A stretch of DNA of 63,873 bases, filler included. It is 4 parts of 4 records of this genome, joined end to end, with 100 filler letters (N's around TTAATTAATTAA, not from the genome) between each part and the next. Parts side by side here need not be neighbours in the genome. Positions count along the whole stretch, not along the records: positions 31,796 to 58,487 come from SRR2962707_3429; positions 58,588 to 63,873 come from SRR2962707_3461; 2 more parts are not named here. One strand, 5' to 3'. Positions 54,301 to 63,690 of the stretch are shown here, piece by piece (within the stretch, counting starts at the first letter, position 1; the number at the start of each line of letters is the position of its first letter). The notes beneath the pieces were generated by a model, which was given only the letters and a program-made list of their open reading frames with translations, did no database searches and was not told the DNA's origin. The translations under genes and the position numbers were made by a program.

Positions 54301-57300
54301 ACAATTTCAACCCCACGATTCACGCTTGTCGTACCTTTGGGTCTCCAGTGCAAAGTAACTGGTGTGCTTCTGCGGAAGGGGCTGCAATTTCGCGGCATAT
54401 GTTGCGAAGGTACTTCATAGTGGGGAGCGAGGGGAGCAGTTTCGGCTCATCTTCCCATGTGAATATCTGGAAAGTTTTTGGAACGGATTTACCCTACGTC
54501 TGGGCAGGCACGGTCCACAAAGAAGCATTTGCAACGCAGCGCACCCACAGTTGTACCTTTTGTAACTGCTGCTGACACGGCGAGGTGAAATAGTCCAGAA
54601 TGGCTGTGCGTGCCACGCACAACTCCGGTTGATGAAGCTCAATTGTCGCAGTCTGCGTTGAGAAGCTGCTGACACTGATGCCAAAGCCTGGCAGCCCCAG
54701 CTGACGCCCATCACGGCATTGACCTGCCAGTAGCAAAGGAAAATACCAATCGCGAAATATTGACAATGGAAAACAGTTTGCTGGGTCGACCAGCCATCCC
54801 CCATCCCACCAAAAGCAAATGCTCGACTCATACCCATAAGATGACTGCATGCCTCTGAGGGATGGTCGTTGGCACGACGACGCATGACGGCATCAGCCAC
54901 GGCACAAATGCAGCCATTTACAATAATTGACACTGAGTCGAGCTCTTTGCAAGCTGGAATCGACATGCATGCGGCCACAAAATGCTCGTTGATGCGTTCC
55001 AGTGTTTGCATCATCTCAACTTGGTCCTTGAACATCACGTCTTCGTCCCAAATGCATCGTTCTCGCACGGCGTCCGCTAGAGTGGAATCGCCCGTTTGCG
55101 TATCCAATGAGGCCTACGGTTTGGCGAATATAGGTAGAGCCCGGAGAACATTAGCCTGCCAATCAACAAGGTGCAACTCTCCATGCCTCCGTACCACCAC
55201 CACCACAACACACGCACGCACACCACACTACATCCCCAACGAACTCACCGGTGCCGGCGCTGTCTTGGACTCTTCGCTCGGGGTCTCAGTCGTGGATCCT
55301 TTCGTCTCGGCAGTTTGCAGTTGCTCCTCGAACCTCGACATGATTTCATGCTCAGATTCAGAATCAGAGTCCGAGGCGGCTGCCTCCATGTTCGGAGCTC
55401 CAGCGGGAACTTTTTCTCCTTGAGCACCGCCCTCTTGCTTCTTAAGCTTCTTCTTTCGCTTCAATGCCAGGCGGTCTTGTTTTCGTTTTTCCTCCCTTTG
55501 AGCGGCCAAAGTTGCAACCTCTGCGTCGTTCCCAAAACGCAAGTGGTTTGCGTGTCGAGGTTTCGGGACCGGAACCTGCACACGAAAGTGCAGTCACAAA
55601 ATTCAACCGGACAACCGGCAATGCATCTCAACAGACAGGCTGCCTGGTAAGCAGCTGTTTTCACGGCAAGCACAACGTACCACTTGGGTAAAGACGTGCT
55701 CAATGAGAGAAAATATGAGAAGCTTGCCATTCTTGATACAGAAAGGCTGGTTGTCGACGAGTGTCGCAAGTCGATCGCACAACCAGAGTGCTCGCGAAGC
55801 TTGATCACGCGTCTTGGCGCGAACAGGCAACTGTAGGAAGTCGACTGGCACGTAGCGCATGAGGTTACGCTGTTGCCCAGGATTAGGATCGTTCCGGACG
55901 GTCTCCCACAATACACCTGCAGCAACACGTCGTGATTGTTCAGACAGCGGGACGCACAAGCCGCAAAATAAAACGGCTCGTTGGACGAGTCACATTTCGT
56001 GCAGCGAGACGCACCGTCAATAAACTGAGTATTTTTTGACAAAGCCAGGTTTAGCTGCGCAGGCAGAGCAATCTGCTCTTGACGACAAGCATCCAACGAC
56101 TTTTGCACGGAGGTGACAAGCTTTGTCGTTGCAGCAAGCAGGGTAGTTGCCCATTGCTGTGGTCCAAACTCGTCCGACTCCGCATTCCTTTTTGTGCCGC
56201 CTTGTGACAAGTTGTCGCTGCCGTCGTTGCCATCAGTACCAAGTACCATTTCAGAAGTTGTCTTGCTGTCTGCACTTGAGTCTGCTACATTGCTCATTTT
56301 GTTTGCCACTTTAACTGCAGTGTAACCGAGCTGCTGACATGCCAATTGGCATATCCGCTCACCATTCTGGTCCGGGAATACGAACTGAAGATCGTTCTTG
56401 ACCATCTCAACAAACTGGGCTCGCAGAGCCACCCGCACACATTTTGACTTTGTCGATGACAATCTGGTTCAGGACGTCCACCCGCATGCATTCCAATAAA
56501 AAGAGTGCAGTGTGAGGACTCGTTGCGGCCCATATGCAATGCCTCCAAAAACAGTGAGCAAGTAACAGCACTCACCCTTTCGTACGCAACAGAAAGTGCA
56601 TGGCGGCCATAATCGCTCGTGCATAGGCAGTCTGTGAGCGTTGAGGGGAACGCCACTCGCCATACTCAGGAGAGTGTTCGTTGCCCTCAACCGCAGCTGC
56701 TGTTTCTGCCTCTACCAGGCTTGTTTCCAGAGGCTTTCCAGTCAGAAAAGGTATCAAAATCGTGTAAAACTGAACACGCAAATTCCACACCACGGTGTAA
56801 ATCAGGAAGAGCAGGAACACAAACAGCGGCGTGAATTCGTGCAACAGCCGCAATTGAGCGCAGAAACGGAAAGCAGGCAGTTTTTACTTGACTACACCGC
56901 ACTTTGTTGGTGTCACCGGGGGCGCTGCTAACCGACAGATTGTACACGGCCATCCAGAACACATCATCCAGCGCATTCTTTTGTGACACGTTATGAAGCA
57001 CCAAACATGCGCGATACTTGATCTTGGGGGCGGCGTCTGAGGCATTGACAGCGTGGTACCTGCCACATCGTGTCGATTAACAACAACGGAGTAACACTCG
57101 CGCCACAACGAAGCAGCAACGAAACAGCTCTTGGCGAAAGAAAAAAACTGGTTCGAACATAAATCAAGGCATGCAATAACACACTTCAGTCCTCGCTCAG
57201 CATTTGTGTTCACAACAACAAGTCGATACATGTTGTTCTCGCAGGCCGTGAAAACTAGAAGCATTTCCTCTGCCTCAAGCAGCAGAGGCAGCAAAAGGGA

Positions 57301-58487
57301 CTCGCCAATCTCGACACTGCGAAGCGACTTCCTCAGCTTTCTTAGAAAAGACAGCAATTGTGATGAGGATGACCCGTATCGCTTCACCTTTTGGAGTTGC
57401 CGGAACATATGGCGGCTTTGGCGAAACACCAACGCCACATCACTCAAGGCACTACGATCTTGACTCGAAAATGAGGCAAAGAATTCCGTGCGTTCTGTAA
57501 CAGTGCGTTGAAAGGTATGGTTGAGCACAACAAAAGTCCAGGGTAGCAATCCTGCTCTCGCATTGTCAAGCTTTCCCTCGATGAACGCATCGCCAAAAGT
57601 GCCGATGAGCGCGGGGGTCGACCACACGGGAAATGGCCTCGGGAACAATCGCGCCAGCGACAAACCCTTCTTTTGCTTGTCCAGTTTGCGCTTTCGCTCC
57701 TCGCTGTGCATCGAGATCAGCTTATCTTGGGATTTTAGCTGTTTCACCTAACGATTTGCAGCAAAGCCACAAAAGACATGTGTGTCGAAAGAGATGGTTT
57801 GCACCAAGTGTGAAATTATTCGCATCTCGCTTATGGCCAAACCAACTCGGTACATTGTTAGCGCAAAAGTTCACACCTCGTCGGGCCCAAGGCATCTGGA
57901 GTCGATGCGGACGGTCCGCACAGCAACGCTGGCTCCCATAAGGGGCGCCTTGCTTGATGAGAACAAGTACCTGCGAACAGAGTCGGCACAATGCTGGCAA
58001 TGATGAACGCCACGAGCCAGTTCGCATCTGAGCACCCGCGTTGAACTTGGTCAACCATAAGCCCGAACGACTCACATTTCTTTGTCATTGATTGAGAAGC
58101 GCTCATTCAAACAAATTTCTTTTCTGCTCACTTGCGCGCACGGCTTGCCGTCAATGTATCTTTGGTCAAAACATTGGCAAACAATTGATGAGAACCAAAA
58201 TTCATGACGCAACACATGCAACCCAAACTGTGAGCGACAGCCCAAAAAAGGAAATTCAGAAAAAAAAGAGACAACCTACGTCGCCATTTCGCCCTTGTGG
58301 ACGCTGTCTGTGCCGTCACCATTGCAGCGTACTGCAATCACCAATCGTGTCCAACGTTGCGTTTCTATCTTAGACTCAGGGGTATCGCCAAAGCTGCCAA
58401 AATGTCCAACGCCTCCAGAAGGGCTTATCTTGCACTCTGCGTCTGTTTGACGCACAGACACCGACTTCGAGCTTTGAGTTTTGTCAC
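31902..58487 (-). CDS. Giant spliced eukaryotic gene (partial at both ends): DUF3638/DUF3645 SF2-like NTPase multidomain protein
   Basis: Minus-strand ORF pieces join in frame across roughly 80-160 nt GT-AG introns, e.g. 58160-58279 (MAT|YIDGKP), 57971-58075 and 35562-35636 (IFA|YRYQGLR). Family motifs occur in order: FIPKRLLFGIVP..FWQ, VELPRLKLVF, YDPRFLVFEF, MGQGKTT, DEVD, SEFAHPD, GFSGT, QGAYRMRGIG, EQEREQEQE. The full exon structure was not resolved. Confidence 0.85.
34353..35099 (-). other. Exons with helicase-like motifs III, V and VI
   Basis: GFSGTP, ALIDTGALITG, YDQIHTTGMDI and RDYVQGAYRMRGIG. Confidence 0.8.
35450..35761 (-). other. DUF3645 motif exons
   Basis: The spliced reading is SRLKLGVPFVGKDVPSQSSEFAHPDIILGLSIFA|YRYQGLR; this frame is absent from the ORF track. 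Confidence 0.85.
38645..39600 (-). other. DUF3638 P-loop exons (Walker A and B)
   Basis: YDPRFLVFEF..ILLRKNQ; exon 39157-39422 reads QMIMGQGKTTVVAPMLALMLADG; LLDEVDLILHPLKSELNFPIG. Confidence 0.88.
41250..41736 (-). other. Thioredoxin domain (WCPQC) within the giant gene
   Basis: VVKFHANWCPQCQALAP...VFSVDIDDCDGLAE|RYRVKKLPSIVV, including the cis-Pro position. Confidence 0.85.
43690..44675 (-). repeat. FxFG/GFGFG nucleoporin-like coding repeat tract
   Basis: More than 15 GFSFG/GFGFG-type motifs with G/A/S/T/P spacers in ORF 43405..45024. The DNA shows imperfect direct repeats (ccaaagctgaa / ccaaaaccgaa). Confidence 0.9.
45740..46675 (-). other. SPRY/B30.2-like domain with inserted Cys-rich zinc motif
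   Basis: GVHRWDLHF...DAVGVCT...SIALYANGDLFFRG...FGQNSVVTVVVD..GGTMSFELDG, preceded by H..CKMC..CSVC..CESCC. Confidence 0.7.
46960..47500 (-). other. Second, degenerate thioredoxin-like domain (WMKDC)
   Basis: LVVV|YYYVHWMKDC...QFGQVRFVHVETD...VSGFPTFVVYQKNK. Confidence 0.7.
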
Positions 58488-58587
58488 NNNNNNNNNNNNN
58501 NNNNNNNNNNNNNNNNNNNNNNNNNNNNNNNTTAATTAATTAANNNNNNNNNNNNNNNNNNNNNNNNNNNNNNNNNNNNNNNNNNNN
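58488..58587. other. Artificial contig spacer
   Basis: Same N44-TTAATTAATTAA-N44 linker. Confidence 0.99.
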
Positions 58588-58670
58588 GGGAAAACTTCTA
58601 CTACATGTTGGTCAAAGCTAAAATCTTTAACCGCTTGCTCTGTGGCATAAATACTGTCTTTTATCGTCAC
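58588..58670 (-). CDS. cmoA: Carboxy-SAM synthase CmoA, 5' fragment
   Basis: GTG 58670 gives MTIKDSIYATEQAVKDFSFDQHVVEVFP, matching the CmoA N-terminal D-F/W-x-FD-xx-V-x-EVFP. Confidence 0.8.
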
Positions 58671-58787
58671 ACAAACAGTCTCTTTAAAAAATAATAGGGC
58701 TATTTTAGCATTTTATGCTGGATAGTCAGTGATAATTTCAGTAGCTTGGCTAGAATAATGAATAACAAGTATAAAAAGAGATGTTTA

Positions 58788-59474
58788 ATGACTAAAAGTA
58801 AAGTAATTAGTACTGATGATATATTGGCAACCCTTTGTCATTCTGTAACTGGGGTATTGTCGTCGGCTAGTGGCAACAGCATTAGCTATTCAGCCATGGT
58901 GCAAAAGATCACCCGTACCTGTATGCGACCAGATATTGGCTGCTTTGTGTTATTTGATGGCGGTTTTACCGGGCTTGTTATCACTAACTTTACTTCGCAA
59001 GCTGCAATGGAAATTTATCACGATTATATGCGCAGCATGGGTATGCCTGAAGAAGAACTGGCTCACAGCCACTTATCGGACGACGTATCAAATGTTCTGG
59101 GTGAATTGATGAACCAAATCGTCGGTGATTTTACCTCAAAAGTACGCGAGCAGCTACACACCTCAATCACCCAAAATCAGCCAAAAATGATGGCGATTAA
59201 TAAGCAAGTGCAAATATCGGTTGATACCACGATGGATAGACCACAAGCACGCCGCGTGACTTTTACCACCAGTAAACAAAACATCTTTTATTTAGAATTA
59301 GCGATGGATAAAACTGAGTTCATCAAGCTACACGACTTTGATATTGTTGAAGCGGTAGACCCTGATGACATTATCGAAAACGAAGCGAAGCACAAAGCTG
59401 AAAAACAAAAAGCTGCGGACGATGCAAAAGCCAGTGATGCAGATGATGATTTTATGGCCGAGCTTGGTTTGTAA
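58788..59474 (+). CDS. DUF3334 family, CheX/CheC-like phosphatase fold
   Basis: PDIGCFVLFDGGFTGLV, GELMNQIVG (ExxN motif) and an acidic C-terminal tail. Confidence 0.82.
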   Translation: MTKSKVISTDDILATLCHSVTGVLSSASGNSISYSAMVQKITRTCMRPDIGCFVLFDGGFTGLVITNFTSQAAMEIYHDYMRSMGMPEEELAHSHLSDDVSNVLGELMNQIVGDFTSKVREQLHTSITQNQPKMMAINKQVQISVDTTMDRPQARRVTFTTSKQNIFYLELAMDKTEFIKLHDFDIVEAVDPDDIIENEAKHKAEKQKAADDAKASDADDDFMAELGL

Positions 59475-59511
59475 AGTCACGAGCTTTAAAGCTGTAAGTT
59501 TTAAGGAAAAC

Positions 59512-59543
59512 AAAAAAGCGCGAGTGTATCTTGCGCTTTTTTT
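59512..59543. terminator. Bidirectional intrinsic terminator
   Basis: AAAAAAGCGCGAG-tgtat-CTTGCGCTTTTTT between convergent genes. Confidence 0.85.
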
Positions 59544-59671
59544 GTGTATCGGATTATTACGGTTTAGCAAAATATTTAAACTACTGCTGATAAATCTAAG
59601 ATCTGAGCAATGTTAGCGATAATGAATGTTATCCAAGCAGTTTATTTAACCACTTGGATTAAGCTGAGTGA

Positions 59672-60928
59672 TTAGCGGATGATCATTTGCTCACGCTCAG
59701 GCCCTACAGATACCATACTCACAGGCACACCCATCAATGCTTCTATGCGTTCAACATAGTGTTGAGCGGCCGCAGGCAGACTGTCAAAAGTACGACAACC
59801 GGTAATATCTTCATCCCACGCTGGCATGCTTTCATATATTGGCGTTAAAGCGGCTGTTTGTGGCCAAATAGGGTTTTCGCTGTGATCGCCTGCATAACCA
59901 ATACAGATTTTTAAATCTTTCATGCCAGACAGGCAATCAATTTTGGTTAAAGCAATTTCAGTGGCTGCTTGTAATTCAACTCCATTACGGGTTGCAACCG
60001 CATCAAAATAACCCATATCACGAGGCCGGCCAGTCACTGCGCCATATTCGTTCGCGCTTTCGCGAAAATTATCTTGCTCTGCCATGGCAGTAACGAGTGT
60101 GCCGGTGCCAACAGATGAACTAAACGATTTAGCCACGGCAATAACACGTTCAGGGCGCAGCGCTGGTAAACCGCTGCCAATTCCTGCATAGGCGGCAGTC
60201 ACGTTTGATGATGTAGTATACGGGTATTCGCCATAGACTAAATCGCGGCCAGCGCCTAGTTGCGCTTCAAATAATAAGTTTGAATCTTGCTTTTGCAACA
60301 CTTTTAAAGGCTCTGTAACATTACAGATAAATGCACGCCACGCAGCAGTGACGTCTAATAGCCACTGAGTTATTTGTTCTGCTGTTTGTGAATAATCGCA
60401 GCTTGGGTAAAGGGCTTTTAGCTGTGGCATTTTCCAATCAAGCATAAATTGAATGCGCTCTAATAAAACCTCAGGTTGATTTAACCAACCAACTAAAATG
60501 CCTTTTTTCATTACGCGATCGCCGTATGCTGGGGCAATGCCTTGGCGGGTTGAGCCGTAAGCGGCGTCACCTAAACGTACTTCTTCAAGTGTGTCTTCAA
60601 GTGCGTGTAACGGCAAGCACAGGGTTGCACGATCAGAAATACATAATTTTACCTCAACGCCAGCTGTTTTAACTTCAGCGATTTCTTCGCTTAATGCGCT
60701 AGGGCTTATCACCATACCTGGGCCTAATACGGCAATACAATCTGGATTAAAAATGCCGCTTGGTAATTGGTGCAGTTTAAACGTACCAAACTCATTCACA
60801 ACGGTATGACCGGCGTTGTTACCACCTTGAAAGCGAATGCTTGCAGATGCGTTCTCTGCTAAAAAATCGACGATGCGGCCTTTGCCTTCATCACCCCAGT
60901 TTGCACCTACAACAACAATTGACGGCAT
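59672..60928 (-). CDS. purA: Adenylosuccinate synthetase family, divergent paralog
   Basis: WGDEGKGRIVD, QGGNNAGHT, VTGRPR, TKID and SVGP motifs; non-canonical EAQLG and SSSVG motifs. Confidence 0.9.
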   Translation of the reverse strand: MPSIVVVGANWGDEGKGRIVDFLAENASASIRFQGGNNAGHTVVNEFGTFKLHQLPSGIFNPDCIAVLGPGMVISPSALSEEIAEVKTAGVEVKLCISDRATLCLPLHALEDTLEEVRLGDAAYGSTRQGIAPAYGDRVMKKGILVGWLNQPEVLLERIQFMLDWKMPQLKALYPSCDYSQTAEQITQWLLDVTAAWRAFICNVTEPLKVLQKQDSNLLFEAQLGAGRDLVYGEYPYTTSSNVTAAYAGIGSGLPALRPERVIAVAKSFSSSVGTGTLVTAMAEQDNFRESANEYGAVTGRPRDMGYFDAVATRNGVELQAATEIALTKIDCLSGMKDLKICIGYAGDHSENPIWPQTAALTPIYESMPAWDEDITGCRTFDSLPAAAQHYVERIEALMGVPVSMVSVGPEREQMIIR

Positions 60929-61008
60929 AATTTACTCTCCAAATTGATTGAATGAATATGGTATGCCCACTATCTAAATAAGAGAAATTAATTATAATTA
61001 TTATCCTG

Positions 61009-61023
61009 ATAAGAGTTTCATAT
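61009..61023. promoter_or_regulatory. LysR-type T-N11-A box in the purA/lysR divergent region
   Basis: ATA-agagtttca-TAT; a second ATAAGAG copy is at 60978. Confidence 0.5.
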
Positions 61024-61050
61024 CGATTTTAGCTAATTAAGGTCATCAAG

Positions 61051-61941
61051 ATGTTAGATATTCATTGGTTAAAAACCTTTGTCACATTAGCGGAACTAAA
61101 ACATTTTGGTAAAACCGCCAATGCCCTGCATATGACACAGCCCAATGTTAGTTTGCATATTAAGCAACTAGAAAAAATGACACGGGTAAAACTGATCGAG
61201 CGTAATCCGTTTAGTTTGACGCAAGCAGGTTTACGGCTATTACAGTCTGGGCAAAAAACCTTGTGGGAATTACAGGTTTGCCAATCTGATTTAAATGCGA
61301 TTAATGAGCTACGCCAAGGCACACTGACAATTGCCGCCAGTGATATTATTTCTCGATTGTTGTTGATTGAACCGTTTCAGCTATTTAAACGCCAGTTTCC
61401 GGGGATTGATTTTACCTTGCTCAATACCACCTCCTCACAAGCATCGACGTTGGTGAAAAGTGCGGAGGCTGATCTTGGTTTTGTTATTGCGCAAAAAGAA
61501 AGTGAACCACTGCATTTTACGCAATTGCAGCAAATCAAGTGGTGTGCGTTGGGGGATCATTTACAGCTATGGCAGCAAGCTAAAAATAACAACACTATAA
61601 CGCTGACTGAGCCGCCAACATTAATTTTACTCGGCCATGATACGCGTACGCGCGAGTTACTCGATAGCGCATTACCGTCATTAAATTTACCTAATTACCG
61701 GGTAATGGAAGTGGGCAGTGTGGATGCACAAATTGATTGGGCTGAAGCGGGCTTTGGTGTTGCTATCGTGCCGGAGTTTTCACTGCGCAGTAAAGCAAAT
61801 TTAACCACCACAGTCACCGCCTTGCCCAAGTTTCCAACCACTAGTTTAGGTTACATTGTGCGGCAAAATCAGGTGCTTTCAAAAGCAATAAAACAATTGT
61901 TGTATTGGGTGAGCGAAGAGATCTCGCGTAGTTATCGCTAA
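61051..61941 (+). CDS. LysR family transcriptional regulator
   Basis: HTH LKTFVTLAELKHFGKTANALHMTQPNVSLHIKQLE; 296 aa. Confidence 0.95.
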   Translation: MLDIHWLKTFVTLAELKHFGKTANALHMTQPNVSLHIKQLEKMTRVKLIERNPFSLTQAGLRLLQSGQKTLWELQVCQSDLNAINELRQGTLTIAASDIISRLLLIEPFQLFKRQFPGIDFTLLNTTSSQASTLVKSAEADLGFVIAQKESEPLHFTQLQQIKWCALGDHLQLWQQAKNNNTITLTEPPTLILLGHDTRTRELLDSALPSLNLPNYRVMEVGSVDAQIDWAEAGFGVAIVPEFSLRSKANLTTTVTALPKFPTTSLGYIVRQNQVLSKAIKQLLYWVSEEISRSYR

Positions 61942-62068
61942 CCAGCGGTATTTGTTTATTAATTAATTTTCACAACAAAAAGTGTAAAGCTTTCATGCAT
62001 ATATTAAGATACAGGGCTGGTGGCTTTAAAGCTGCAATTATTACAGACTTATGCGGATCTTCTACTGA

Positions 62069-63082
62069 ATGAGCTATTTTAAAAATTTAATCACAAAATT
62101 TATTATGATGATGCAGCAGCGGCCAGGTTTATTGGCGGTATTTGCTTTTTGTAGTGGGGTGGCAAGTTATGTGTTGGTTGAGCGTAAAGAATCATTTTCA
62201 CAAATTATTGCCATACTGCTGTTAGTTAGTTGGCTATGGTTGATTGTTGATAACTGGTTGCGCGATAAAGTAGAGCAGCGCTTTGGTGTGGCTGTTTCTC
62301 CCAATTTTATGCGTTTTGCCCTGCAAATGGTGCAACAAGAAAGCCTATTTTTTGCATTGCCATTTTTTCTCGCGGTGACTTCTTGGAATCATCCGCAAGC
62401 TATTTTTACATCCTTAATTATTCTCTGTGCGTTTATATCGGTTGTCGATCCGCTTTACTATAAAAAATTAGCGAAGCACAGCGTGCTCTTTACAGTGTTT
62501 CATAACTTTGCGTTATTCGTCGTTCTGTCGGTAATTTTACCTATTTTATTTAATCTCACGACCAGTCAAAGTGTAAAGATTGCATTGATCACCGCCGTTA
62601 TTTTTACTATTCCTAGCTTAGGTAAATTAATGCCTAACGCCAAATGGTGGCGTTTCCCTCTATTGGTTTTATTGCTAGGTGTTTTAAGTGCCGGTTTATG
62701 GCAGCTACGTAGTTGGGTGCCACCTGCAGCACTGCGTTTAACCGACATTACTTTATCGCATCAGGTTGATGTAGAGCAGCGTAAGGCGGTAGGCAGTATT
62801 AAGCATTTAGACGCTAACTCATTGCATCAGCAAGGTTTGTATACTTGGACTGCGGTTAAAGCGCCCAGAGGGTTAAATGAAAAAGTATTTCATGTTTGGC
62901 TACTTAACAATAAAGTGGTTGATCGTATTGCATTAAATATTAGTGGTGGGCGAGAGCAAGGTTATAGAGCATGGACGCATAAAGTAAACTTTCCAGCAAA
63001 CTCTGTTGGTAAGTGGCAAGTACAAGTTGTTACCGAGTCTGGCCAGCTGATTGGTTTAACTAAATTTACGGTCACTCAATAA
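62069..63082 (+). CDS. DUF5924/DUF2914 membrane protein
   Basis: QESLFFALPFF, VDPLY, multiple TM helices and the C-terminal GGREQGYRAWTHK..GKWQVQVVTESGQLIG. Confidence 0.8.
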   Translation: MSYFKNLITKFIMMMQQRPGLLAVFAFCSGVASYVLVERKESFSQIIAILLLVSWLWLIVDNWLRDKVEQRFGVAVSPNFMRFALQMVQQESLFFALPFFLAVTSWNHPQAIFTSLIILCAFISVVDPLYYKKLAKHSVLFTVFHNFALFVVLSVILPILFNLTTSQSVKIALITAVIFTIPSLGKLMPNAKWWRFPLLVLLLGVLSAGLWQLRSWVPPAALRLTDITLSHQVDVEQRKAVGSIKHLDANSLHQQGLYTWTAVKAPRGLNEKVFHVWLLNNKVVDRIALNISGGREQGYRAWTHKVNFPANSVGKWQVQVVTESGQLIGLTKFTVTQ

Positions 63083-63151
63083 ACTTATTTGTGAGTCAAG
63101 CTTGTTAATCAAACCAATAGAGTAGTCACTGTGTGTTGTAGGCAATAACGT

Positions 63152-63652
63152 TTACTTTAAATAAGGGTTTTTCCCTTGTGTGACTAACACACAAAATATT
63201 CGTAAATCTAATTCGAGTTGATGGTACTGTGGCTCCATGTGACAACATAACTGATAAAAACTTTTGTTGTGGTCTTTTTCTTTAAAGTGGGCGAGTTCGT
63301 GTACAACTAGGGCTTTTAATAACTCCTCGGGGGCACACAATAAGTCACTGTTAATGGCCAAATCATGTTTACGGGTTTTACCTTGCATACGATAAGTGTG
63401 TGTGCCGAGTGCATTAGTGACCATGTCACCTTGCTTTTTAAACGCGGCACGGCCAAACGGCGGGGCATTTTTTAAATAACGTTTTTTAAGCTCAGTGGCG
63501 TATGCATATAACGATTTGTCACTGGTGATCGTATGTGCATGGGGGTATTTTTTAGTTAAATACGCACCGTGTTTATCATTATCAATAAGCTGTATTACTT
63601 GGCTTATAATTTGTTCTGGGTAGCCAGTAAAATAGCGTTTAAAATCACTCAT
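63152..63652 (-). CDS. YgjP/DUF45 (M48-like HExxH) protein
   Basis: LVVHELAHFKEKDHNKSFYQLCCHMEPQYHQLE motif. Confidence 0.88.
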   Translation of the reverse strand: MSDFKRYFTGYPEQIISQVIQLIDNDKHGAYLTKKYPHAHTITSDKSLYAYATELKKRYLKNAPPFGRAAFKKQGDMVTNALGTHTYRMQGKTRKHDLAINSDLLCAPEELLKALVVHELAHFKEKDHNKSFYQLCCHMEPQYHQLELDLRIFCVLVTQGKNPYLK

Positions 63653-63690
63653 TCAATTACTTCTTGTTGTTAATTATATTTTAGCGGAAT

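Noticed and set aside
31853-58539. Dozens of short ORFs as separate prokaryotic, phage or pseudogene fragments
   Set aside because: Frame changes coincide with GT/GC..AG introns and conserved motifs rejoin after splicing.
59672-60928. PurZ (diaminopurine DNA pathway)
   Set aside because: The catalytic Asp is retained (GDEGKG, not GSxGKG) and there is no phage context.
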